From Candidatus Shapirobacteria bacterium CG_4_10_14_0_8_um_filter_39_15 (lineage in GTDB: Bacteria > Patescibacteriota > Microgenomatia > UM-FILTER-39-15), in the NCBI GenBank assembly GCA_002784465.1, contig PFLE01000011.1, positions 69,966-125,678 on the forward strand: a stretch of DNA of 55,713 nucleotides. Reading direction: 5' to 3'. Of the stretch, positions 37,302 through 45,534 are shown piece after piece; the stretch's first letter is position 1; every line of letters begins with the position of its first letter. The position numbers and the translations under genes are program-made. The notes under the pieces were generated by a model. The model did no database searches. It was not told the DNA's origin and was given only the letters and a program-made list of their open reading frames with translations.

Positions 37302-38828
37302 TTATAATATACCCCACGAATAAACACTAACCGGCCAATAACGGGGTTGCACTGAATATAATCTATCTACTTCCAGTTCCTTTTTTAAATTTTTATGGCT
37401 AAATTCCCTTATATCTTCCGGCACCTGATCATCCCAACTATCCAAAACTAATATACCCTTGGGATATCGTTTAATTATCCCATTAAGGCTCTCGAGATTA
37501 TTAACTATTTTAGCTCCCGAAAAAGTTTCGATTGTTTCGATATCAACTTTTCTTAAAATATAATCTAATTTCCCTTCTCCCAAATACCAAACAGGTAAAT
37601 CACTCCAGTTTGTAATCAGTACTGCTTTGGGGTTATCTTTCATTGTGTTTTCAACAAATCCATAAACCTTTTTCCAATCGACCTCCGGGATTTCCTGCAT
37701 ATCCGCGTTAAGCGAATATTCTTTTTGTGGCGAAAAAGAAATCTTATTAGACTTCCATAATGAAAAAACGACGACAAAAATCAGGATACCAGATACCAGA
37801 TACTGGATATTAGATGCTGGCCCCTGAACCCTTTTCCTAATATCAAATATCAAATATCCAATATCCATCATTCCATAGCTTGCCAACAAAATAATAAAAC
37901 CAAAAATAGGATAGAGATAGCGGGTGAACGGTTGAAAAAGAAAATAAGAAACAATCGGTGCTTGAATTAAGAAAATAAGCAAAAACATAGTAAGTTTTTG
38001 ATATTCTTTTTGCCAAAATAGGAATAATCCGCCAACAAAAGACAAAAAACAAAATGGTAAATAATTATGGGTCATAAAAACACGATAATAAAACAAATTA
38101 TTGGTTCTCCCGATTGAAGACAATATAGAAAAAATTTGAACTTTAAAAATTAAACCAAATAATACTAACAAAAATATCCCTAAAAACATCCATTTTTTTC
38201 CAAACCATGAAGCTTTAAAGATTAATAGATAGATAAAACCGGAGAAAAAAATGGTAAGACCTAAACCATGCATCAACGATGCGAAAACACTACACCCTAA
38301 AAAACCCAAAAAATAACGCCAATTGAATATTTTTTCTTTAGTCAACCTATAAATAAAATAAAACCCTAAAAGATAAAAAAATTGTAAAGCCTGATAGGGT
38401 CTTGCCTGACGGGAAAAGAGAATTTCGATATTCATAAAGGTTATAAAAAAGGTACTTAATAATCCCACCCTCCGGTTAAAAATTTCCTTTCCCAATAAAT
38501 AAATGACTAAAATCGTCAAAACACCAAAAAATACCGAAGGCAAGCGAATAGCAAATTCGTTTAAACCAAAAATACAAGCGGAGAGAGCACTTATCCAATA
38601 TTGCAACCATTGATAAACTCCGGTTGAATAACCATTGGTCAAAGCCGGTTGGCCTCTTTCTAAAATCGCTCGAACAAAAATAGCCACATGATTTTCATCG
38701 GTCCAGAATGAATAATTATTATCCAGTCCATAAATTCGATAATAGAAACCGAGAATTAAAAGAAAAAACAAAATGATATTGGATACTAGATATTTGATAT
38801 TGGATATTGAATCATGAATATTAGTCAT
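37302..38828 (-). CDS. GT-C membrane glycosyltransferase (PMT/AglB-like); N-terminus encoded by a repeat array
   Basis: SFWTDE, EFAIRLPSV and FSRQARPY motifs. Confidence 0.82.
   Translation of the reverse strand: MTNIHDSISNIKYLVSNIILFFLLILGFYYRIYGLDNNYSFWTDENHVAIFVRAILERGQPALTNGYSTGVYQWLQYWISALSACIFGLNEFAIRLPSVFFGVLTILVIYLLGKEIFNRRVGLLSTFFITFMNIEILFSRQARPYQALQFFYLLGFYFIYRLTKEKIFNWRYFLGFLGCSVFASLMHGLGLTIFFSGFIYLLIFKASWFGKKWMFLGIFLLVLFGLIFKVQIFSILSSIGRTNNLFYYRVFMTHNYLPFCFLSFVGGLFLFWQKEYQKLTMFLLIFLIQAPIVSYFLFQPFTRYLYPIFGFIILLASYGMMDIGYLIFDIRKRVQGPASNIQYLVSGILIFVVVFSLWKSNKISFSPQKEYSLNADMQEIPEVDWKKVYGFVENTMKDNPKAVLITNWSDLPVWYLGEGKLDYILRKVDIETIETFSGAKIVNNLESLNGIIKRYPKGILVLDSWDDQVPEDIREFSHKNLKKELEVDRLYSVQPRYWPVSVYSWGIL
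37785..37865. repeat. Cargo-less inverted heptamer arrays, in-frame inside the GT-C gene
   Basis: GATACCA GATACCA GATACTG GATATTA GATGCTG, 18-nt spacer, then TAATATC AAATATC AAATATC CAATATC. Confidence 0.88.
38775..38823 (+). repeat. Heptamer array (GATAYTR), left arm of four-helix-bundle cassette 2
   Basis: GATATTG GATACTA GATATTT GATATTG GATATTG plus two degenerate units. Confidence 0.92.
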
Positions 38829-39205
38829 TTAGATTCGAAACCCTTGGTTTGATAATTGGATTTAATAAAAGCATTCAGGGAGAAATTTAAATCTTCCAAA
38901 AGATTAGATATGGAACTATAATCTTTTTCCGTAATTAAATCGCGATTTTTAAGTAGTTCCAGCCAGTGCAGAGATTCCAAAAGAGAACCTCTGGCATTAT
39001 AGTAGAATTTAATGCGGTCAAGATAGTGAAATCTTCCATACCCTTCGGCAATGTTCGCCCCGATCGAATCAATCGCCCTTATAAATTGATCACCAATTGT
39101 TTTTTTAACCTGCCAAGTGAAATTTTTATATATCTCCCAAGATTTATTACTTATAATCAATGCTTTTTGATAAATTTTTAAATCTTTTAATAAAATATGA
39201 TCCAT
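38825..39205 (-). CDS. Four helix bundle protein (23S rRNA IVP / Avd-like family); likely start MDHILL at 39205
   Basis: DLKIYQKA and DQFIRAIDSIGANIAEGYGRFHY..IKFYYNARGSLLE motifs. Confidence 0.93.
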   Translation of the reverse strand: MDHILLKDLKIYQKALIISNKSWEIYKNFTWQVKKTIGDQFIRAIDSIGANIAEGYGRFHYLDRIKFYYNARGSLLESLHWLELLKNRDLITEKDYSSISNLLEDLNFSLNAFIKSNYQTKGFESK

Positions 39206-39208
39206 CTT

Positions 39209-39243
39209 TAATATCAAATATCTAGTATCTAGTATCTAATATC
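39209..39243 (-). repeat. Heptamer array, right (inverted) arm of cassette 2
   Basis: Minus strand reads GATATTA GATACTA GATACTA GATATTT GATATTA. 39210-39229 is a perfect 20-bp inverted repeat of 38782-38801. Confidence 0.92.
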
Positions 39244-39550
39244 TGTTTTCTTTTACATATTCAATAATCATTTGTATCACTCCAACTACCAAAAACATAT
39301 AGGCCCAGATAGCCGATTTTTCAGCGACCAAATCCTTTTTGAAAATCAGCAAAAAGGGGCACATCGTCAAAAATATTAATGCCCCAGCAATGGAAACTCT
39401 CCCTTTAAATTTGTAACGATAAGCCAATATAGTCCATAAACCAATAAGAAATAAAATCAGTAAATCGGAAGTAAATCTAAAAACAAAAATATCAAAAAAA
39501 ATACCAATTCCGGCGATAATTAATATCAAAAAATTTTTAATGTTTTCCAT
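39236..39550 (-). CDS. Small hypothetical membrane protein (about 4 TM)
   Basis: 104-aa hydrophobic ORF in operon orientation. Confidence 0.75.
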   Translation of the reverse strand: MENIKNFLILIIAGIGIFFDIFVFRFTSDLLILFLIGLWTILAYRYKFKGRVSIAGALIFLTMCPFLLIFKKDLVAEKSAIWAYMFLVVGVIQMIIEYVKENRY

Positions 39551-39659
39551 TTTTGATTACTATCTTTCTCTTTATAAAACTATATTCTAAATATCCCAAA
39601 CATCCTAAAAAGGTAAACAAGGTAATTCCTAAACCAAGATAAAACAACCGCTGGGGCCA
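39537..39659 (-). pseudogene. Orphan duplicate 3' end of the 39975-41966 gene
   Basis: Translates WPQRLFYLGLGITLFTFLGCLGYLEYSFIKRKIVIKNGKH*, versus WPQRLFYLGLFISGLTLFSCLGYLGYDYIKRRKVARNS* in the intact gene. No in-frame start. Confidence 0.85.
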
Positions 39660-39700
39660 TCCCAAGAATTTTTTTCAAAAATTCAGGGATGAATAGCCCC
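39653..39700. repeat. Hairpin immediately downstream of the GIY-YIG gene
   Basis: Minus strand GGGGC-TATT-CATCCC-TGAATTTTT-GAA-AAAAATTC-TT-GGGATG-GCCCC. Confidence 0.8.
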
Positions 39701-39705
39701 CAAAT

Positions 39706-39966
39706 TCATAAATTTTGGTAAAAATTTTCCAATCTTTTGTTAATAAATTTGTATCCCCATTGTCCCTTAAGATACTTCTCACGTCTTTTAGCGTCTTTCT
39801 TATCCAAACAAGCTTCGTAGTAAATCAACTTCAAGGGTATTCTGTGCCTTGTGGAAACGACTAATTTTCCACTATGCTCTTCTATCCTTCTCCTTAAATT
39901 ATCTGTATAGCCGATATATCTTTTGTTATCTTTCTCGCTCAATAAAATATAAACGTAATAAAACAT
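39706..39966 (-). CDS. Small stand-alone GIY-YIG nuclease
   Basis: YYVYIL..DNKRYIGYT.NLRRRIEEH and LIYYEA...A.RREKYLK motifs. Confidence 0.93.
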   Translation of the reverse strand: MFYYVYILLSEKDNKRYIGYTDNLRRRIEEHSGKLVVSTRHRIPLKLIYYEACLDKKDAKRREKYLKGQWGYKFINKRLENFYQNL

Positions 39967-39974
39967 CTTAAAAT

Positions 39975-41966
39975 TTATGAATTTCTTGCGACTTTTCTTC
40001 TCTTAATGTAATCATAACCTAAATACCCTAAACAGGAAAATAACGTCAAGCCACTAATAAATAAACCTAAATAGAAAAGTCGCTGGGGCCAAAATTCAAT
40101 GATAATCTCGTAATCTCTCTTACCACCAGCATCTTCGGGAGTAATATACCAAGAATTCGCGTATCCATTAACCAATAGGTGTCGATCTTCGGAAATTGCC
40201 TTCTTTCCCCAAGTTTCAAAGGTTGCTTTTTCTATAAATATATTTCGGTGAGTCCCTTCTTTAACTTCTCCATCAAAATAGCTCGCCACCGTCTCTCCAT
40301 AATTCTTTAATTCGTCATTTTTTAATCCGTTAATTTCGGAATCTGTTAATCCGTTAATATACAACTTCCATCCTTGATGAAAACTTTCGGAAAATACTAA
40401 GGTATAAGGGTCAACTGCACCCTCTATCTTAACCCGATATTTCGTCGGATTAATTCTAACAAATGTAATTTTTGGTACTACCTTGTCATAATTCGTTAAT
40501 CCGTTAATCTCTTTAATTTCTTTAATAGATTTGAGTATAATCTCCAGTTGATAAATTCTTTCAATCTTTAAGTTTTTAAATTCTACCTTACCGGAATTAT
40601 TGGAATTGGCAGGGGTATAAAAATAAATTTCTGCACCTAAAGTATTTTTGTCGGCTCTTAATATAACGTTAAACGTTTGCCATTCATCGTTTTTACCGTT
40701 TATCAATATTCTACTCAACACTTTCTCTTTTTTGATTACATCGTTTTCTTCTTTACGTTCGATCTTACTCTCCATGATTCCCACGCCTAAATGACTCTCT
40801 TTTACGGTATAGTCAAAACTCAAAGAATAAAGATTATTTGATTGCCAATTATTTATTTCTTGAAAAACAAGATTTTTGACATCTGGGAAAGGGTTCTGGG
40901 TAAATTCCACTCCTCCTTCTTTAACTTTTGTTTCCTCAAATTTCCGCCAATTTGTACCCACCAAATTATCCGATTCCGGCAAATTCAAAACTAATTGATC
41001 ATTACCTTCTTTAAATTCCCTTTCTCCCAGCTTTATCCAACCCCCATTTGTTTCAATTTTATCTCTGTTAATTTCTAGAGTATTTCCATTCATTCCTAAA
41101 TTCATTAACCCATCAATATTGCCAATAAACATTGAATAAGTCCCTTTCTTTGGTATTTTAAAACTATACTCTAAATTCCTTAAATCAAACGGTTCCAGTG
41201 CCTTGATTTCCCCATCCAATACCTCAAAAACTCTTTCCCAATCATTCTCGCTGGGTACGCCTTCAAATTTATCTTGATATATCTCTTCAATTTTTTCTTT
41301 ATGCCTCTCCCAATAAGCTCTTAATTTTATGGTCGACAAATCTCTCAACGCTTTAACCTTTGGCTTATCCAAATCCGTTAATTTCTCAATTTCTTTTACT
41401 GTTTCTTCCATCTTCTTTTGATAAATATCCAATATCCAATATTTAATATCTTTTTCTTTTCCCCATTTTTCGTATTCCGTTATTCTTTTTGAAGCAAAGT
41501 AAAGTTTTTTATCAATCAATTTTCCCGGATCTTTTCTTACCTTCCATTCCTCATATTTCTCTTTCAATCCCGCTAGTTTCCACCAAAAACTTCCCTGACT
41601 ATGCTTAACGTAAGGAAAAAACACGCTGTTTTTTAAGCTTTCCCTTTTCTCAATATCCAATATCAAATATCCAATATCCTTTTTTTCTCCTTTAATAAAA
41701 AATTCATCCGCCCTGTCTTTTAATCCATTAATTCTTGAATCTGTTAATCCGTTAATCGTGTCTAAATATATCCCCGATCTAATTTTGTAATCTTCAAACC
41801 CCAAAATATCAAGCAAATTTTTAGTATCTAAATTTGTATTAATTATGTTTTGAGGAATATAAAATAGAGGCAAGAAATAATCAGTAATCGCCTGCGCTCG
41901 TGAGTTAAAGAAAAAAAATGTAAAGAAAAAGAAGAAGATTATTGCAATTCTAAATATATTTCTCAT
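39975..41966 (-). CDS. Large secreted/membrane-anchored hypothetical protein (YfhO-like C-terminal region), rich in repeat insertions
   Basis: Signal-like N-terminus, INPTKYRV..LVFSESFH.GW, VNGYANSW and a C-terminal TM helix. Confidence 0.75.
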   Translation of the reverse strand: MRNIFRIAIIFFFFFTFFFFNSRAQAITDYFLPLFYIPQNIINTNLDTKNLLDILGFEDYKIRSGIYLDTINGLTDSRINGLKDRADEFFIKGEKKDIGYLILDIEKRESLKNSVFFPYVKHSQGSFWWKLAGLKEKYEEWKVRKDPGKLIDKKLYFASKRITEYEKWGKEKDIKYWILDIYQKKMEETVKEIEKLTDLDKPKVKALRDLSTIKLRAYWERHKEKIEEIYQDKFEGVPSENDWERVFEVLDGEIKALEPFDLRNLEYSFKIPKKGTYSMFIGNIDGLMNLGMNGNTLEINRDKIETNGGWIKLGEREFKEGNDQLVLNLPESDNLVGTNWRKFEETKVKEGGVEFTQNPFPDVKNLVFQEINNWQSNNLYSLSFDYTVKESHLGVGIMESKIERKEENDVIKKEKVLSRILINGKNDEWQTFNVILRADKNTLGAEIYFYTPANSNNSGKVEFKNLKIERIYQLEIILKSIKEIKEINGLTNYDKVVPKITFVRINPTKYRVKIEGAVDPYTLVFSESFHQGWKLYINGLTDSEINGLKNDELKNYGETVASYFDGEVKEGTHRNIFIEKATFETWGKKAISEDRHLLVNGYANSWYITPEDAGGKRDYEIIIEFWPQRLFYLGLFISGLTLFSCLGYLGYDYIKRRKVARNS

Positions 41967-43177
41967 TTAGACGATTTCTTTAGAAATTGCTCGGTAATTT
42001 TTACCAAATAATCAATATGCTCATCAGTAATGTCCTGATGCACACCAATATGCAAACCATTATAGCCAATATATTCCGCATTTGAGAATTGACCTAGACG
42101 ATATCCTAAATATTTAAAACCCGGACATTGAGTGGGCATCGCCCAAAACAAATTTCTGGTTTCAATTCCGTTTTCTTCTAGATAATGAACAAATTGATCG
42201 CGGGAAAAGGGTGTCTTTTCTTTTAAAATAATAGGGAACGCATGCGGACCGATTTTTTCATTTTTTTCCTCTTTAATGGTATAAAAATAATCATCAAACT
42301 TTTCAAATCTTTTTATCATTGTTAAAAGATTTTTTCTTCTTTTAGCTAATATTTGTTCATAAATGCCTAAATTCCCCAACCCAACTGCCGCTTCTAATTC
42401 ATTCATTTTACTGGAATATCCAATCCTCTCGAACACAAATCTTATGTCTACGTTTTTACCATACTGAAATCTTTTAGTGCAATATCCGGAAGTGGTATTT
42501 AAAATACATAATTCACACTTACACCCGCGTCCGTGACACCGCAATGACCGCATTATATCGGCAAATTCCAAATTATTTGTTACCACTATCCCCCCCTCTA
42601 CTGTCGAAATAATATGAGCTAAGTAAAGACTGTAAGCACCCATATCACCAAGCGTTCCTACTTTTTTGCCCTTATATTCCGCCCCATGAGCCTCCGCCGC
42701 ATCTTCTATAACATATAATTTATGTTTCTTGGCAATCGCGTTTATCGCGTCCATATCCGCTGGCTTTCCCATCAAATGAACCGGCATAATCGCTCTCGTC
42801 TTCTTTGTAATTACTCGCTCTATTTTTGTAGAATCAATATTTAAAGTATTTCTATCGATATCTACAAATACCGGTTTAAAACCGGCGTGAATAACCGCGT
42901 TTCCCGTAGCCACAAACGACAATGCCGGTACGATAATTTCATCACCTCTCTTTGCCCCAAAATCATATAAAACCGCCATCGCGATAATATCTGCATCCGT
43001 ACCGCTACTGACTGCAACCGCCTTTTTGGCTCCTGCTAAATTGGCAAATTGTCTCTCAAATTCCCTTACCATTTTACCTTGAGAAACTCTTCCTGAATCG
43101 AGAGCTTCATTTACCAGTTTTTTCGCGTTTTGAGTAATAGATATCGTTCCAAAGGGAATTTTTAATTTATCTATCAT
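41963..43177 (-). CDS. DegT/DnrJ-fold PLP/PMP enzyme, E1 (RfbH/DdhC)/ColD-like 3-dehydratase type
   Basis: SSGT and EDAAEAHG motifs. SLYLAHIISTVEGG has His at the usual Lys position. Cys-rich HGRGCKCELC..C.KRF segment. Confidence 0.8.
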   Translation of the reverse strand: MIDKLKIPFGTISITQNAKKLVNEALDSGRVSQGKMVREFERQFANLAGAKKAVAVSSGTDADIIAMAVLYDFGAKRGDEIIVPALSFVATGNAVIHAGFKPVFVDIDRNTLNIDSTKIERVITKKTRAIMPVHLMGKPADMDAINAIAKKHKLYVIEDAAEAHGAEYKGKKVGTLGDMGAYSLYLAHIISTVEGGIVVTNNLEFADIMRSLRCHGRGCKCELCILNTTSGYCTKRFQYGKNVDIRFVFERIGYSSKMNELEAAVGLGNLGIYEQILAKRRKNLLTMIKRFEKFDDYFYTIKEEKNEKIGPHAFPIILKEKTPFSRDQFVHYLEENGIETRNLFWAMPTQCPGFKYLGYRLGQFSNAEYIGYNGLHIGVHQDITDEHIDYLVKITEQFLKKSSK

Positions 43178-43196
43178 ATTATTTCTCCTTATTTTA

Positions 43197-44483
43197 CTAT
43201 TTATTATAATTTAATACGAATTTAATTGCCGAAGGTAAGTCTTTAAAAACAAAATCAGCATACTGATTCTTTTCCATTTTCGGATTTAAATAAACCGTTC
43301 TACAACCGGCATTCTTTCCGGCAATAAGATCTCTTTCGTCATCACCAATCTTCCATGATTCTTTTAAGTCAATATTAAAATCTCTCGCCGCCTGCAAAAA
43401 CATTCCGATTTTCGGTTTCCGACAATCGCACTCAATTTTTAGTTCCTTAATTTCTCCTTTAAAACCGCCTTGAGGATGATGAGGACAATAGTAGACTCCG
43501 TCCAAATAAGATTGATTTTTACCTAACAAGGTATCCATTTTCTTATGAATTTCCCGCAATTCTTTTTCCGACAAAAAACCTTTCGCAATCATCGGCTGAT
43601 TAGTAATAACGATAGATAAATATTCACTTTTATTTATCTTGTTAATTGCTTCAGAACAACCATCCGTCAGCTTAAAATCATCAATTTTACTAAGATTATC
43701 AACATACTTGTTAATTACGCCGTCTCTGTCCAGAAAAATTGCTCTTCTTTTATTTTTCTTGTTTAATCTGGCTACCTTTCCAGACACGTAATCTTTCTTT
43801 ACTCTTCTAAGCCTATCCGGAGTACCCATATCTCTTATGTATTCCGAACTTCTATACCCCGCTACAAACTCACCCTTACTCAAAAGCATAGGTAAGATGT
43901 TTTTTTCAAAAGTACTGAACTGTCCCGAAGGAATATATTTGAATATTTGCCCGGATAAAATATAAATTGAAGCTATCGCCAGGTTGCTATAATAAAATCC
44001 CTCCGGGTGAGGTTTTGGATGAAAGGCGATAATCCTTTGGTCAGAATCCATTTCAACCAGATCGCTGTCATATGGATGATTGTTTGGATGAACAACCAGT
44101 GTCGCTATCGACTTCTTTTTTTGGTCTTCCTCAATAATCTTTCCTAAATCAACATTAAGGATAACATCACCTGAAAATACCATAAATCTTTCTTCCTGAC
44201 CGATAAGATTTTTTACTAATCTCAAACAGCCACCAGTCCCCATCGGGTATGGTTCAATCAGGTGAGTAATCTTTACTCCAAATTTTTCTCCGTCGCCAAA
44301 ATAATCATAAATTACATTTGCAAGATAACCGGTTAACAAAAATATCTCTGTAATGCCGTACCTTCTGACTAAATCAATCTGATGTTCTAAAATCGGCTTC
44401 CCCCCAATCTTAACCATCGGTTTTGGAATTGTTGAGAGATTTAGTCTGATTCCTTTTCCACCCGCGAGTATAATTAATTTCAT
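43197..44483 (-). CDS. Fused heptose-1-phosphate nucleotidyltransferase (HddC-like) and HAD-IIIA heptose bisphosphate phosphatase (GmhB-like)
   Basis: LAGGKG.RL..PKPM and DMGTP in the N-domain. FLDRDGVIN, TNQP, YYCPHHP, CDCRKP and IGD in the C-domain. Confidence 0.9.
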   Translation of the reverse strand: MKLIILAGGKGIRLNLSTIPKPMVKIGGKPILEHQIDLVRRYGITEIFLLTGYLANVIYDYFGDGEKFGVKITHLIEPYPMGTGGCLRLVKNLIGQEERFMVFSGDVILNVDLGKIIEEDQKKKSIATLVVHPNNHPYDSDLVEMDSDQRIIAFHPKPHPEGFYYSNLAIASIYILSGQIFKYIPSGQFSTFEKNILPMLLSKGEFVAGYRSSEYIRDMGTPDRLRRVKKDYVSGKVARLNKKNKRRAIFLDRDGVINKYVDNLSKIDDFKLTDGCSEAINKINKSEYLSIVITNQPMIAKGFLSEKELREIHKKMDTLLGKNQSYLDGVYYCPHHPQGGFKGEIKELKIECDCRKPKIGMFLQAARDFNIDLKESWKIGDDERDLIAGKNAGCRTVYLNPKMEKNQYADFVFKDLPSAIKFVLNYNK

Positions 44484-44496
44484 CTTATTAATTAAT

Positions 44497-45525
44497 TTAT
44501 GTTATTTGCTCTAAGACAGGTCCCCTTCCAATCTTAACAGAAGATGAACTATTAAAAATAATTGTGCTTCCGGAATTCTCAAATTTAAAGGGGACATGCA
44601 ATAGCTTTTTCAATTTTTCTTTTATATTCGGCTGGTCTTCAGGTTTAGCAAAAAAGAGAACAAAACCCCCACCACCGGCACCTAAAATTTTTCCTCCTAA
44701 TGCTCCCTCTCGACAAGCAGTCTCGTATATATTGTCAATCTCGGGAGTCGAAATCTTTTCCGAAAGGCTGCGTTTTAATTTCCACGCTTCGTCCAATAAA
44801 GTACCAAACTCTTCAATATTTTTACCTTCAATAAGTATTTTCACTCCTTCATCAACCATATTTTTCATCTCACATAATTCCCCTCTTTTTTTAGGGGTAT
44901 TCTCTACCTGCTTTTTGGCAATATTTGATGCGGTTCTGGAAATTCCGGTGAAAAATAATAATAAATGACTTTGCAGCATCTCCAATCTTTCTGGCTGTAA
45001 AATAACCGGTTGAATTTTGATTTCGTCATCTCCATTAAAGCTTATTTTGTTAAAACCGCCAAAAGAAGCCAAAACTTGGTCTTGAGATCCCACGTTTTCC
45101 TTGAGAATATCCCGTTCGATATGGATCGCATCCGTCGCTAAATTAAGTTTTGCCAATGAAATTCCTTTCAGGGCATAAAGGGCGTTTAGTAAACCAACTG
45201 TAAAAGAAGAACTGGTACCCAATCCGGATCGGGCAGGAAGATCACCATCGTGGTGGATTTCCAGGCCTTCAGTTATTTTTAAATATTCAAGGGTTGCCCT
45301 AACCGCCGGATGTTCGATTTCAGAAATTTCTTTAACACTCTCCACCTTTGACCAAACAATCCTGTGTTTATGCTCAAAAAATGGCGGTAGATATCGACAT
45401 GTCAGGTAGCAATATTTATCAATCGTCGTTGCCAAAACCGCCCCACCATTTTCCCGATACCAAACCGGGTAATCCGTTCCGCCGCCAAAAAATGAAATAC
45501 GATAAGGTGTTCTGCTAATAATCAT
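44497..45525 (-). CDS. hddA: GHMP sugar kinase, D-glycero-D-manno-heptose-7-phosphate kinase type
   Basis: SRTPYRISFFGGGTD, DLPARSGLGTSS, GSQDQ and GKILGAGGGG motifs. Confidence 0.88.
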   Translation of the reverse strand: MIISRTPYRISFFGGGTDYPVWYRENGGAVLATTIDKYCYLTCRYLPPFFEHKHRIVWSKVESVKEISEIEHPAVRATLEYLKITEGLEIHHDGDLPARSGLGTSSSFTVGLLNALYALKGISLAKLNLATDAIHIERDILKENVGSQDQVLASFGGFNKISFNGDDEIKIQPVILQPERLEMLQSHLLLFFTGISRTASNIAKKQVENTPKKRGELCEMKNMVDEGVKILIEGKNIEEFGTLLDEAWKLKRSLSEKISTPEIDNIYETACREGALGGKILGAGGGGFVLFFAKPEDQPNIKEKLKKLLHVPFKFENSGSTIIFNSSSSVKIGRGPVLEQIT

Positions 45526-45534
45526 AAAGATCTT

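Noticed and set aside
30316-39205. Diversity-generating retroelement suggested by Avd-like proteins
   Set aside because: No reverse transcriptase and no TR/VR pair with adenine-specific differences was seen. The duplicated 3' end at 39537-39659 differs at all base types.
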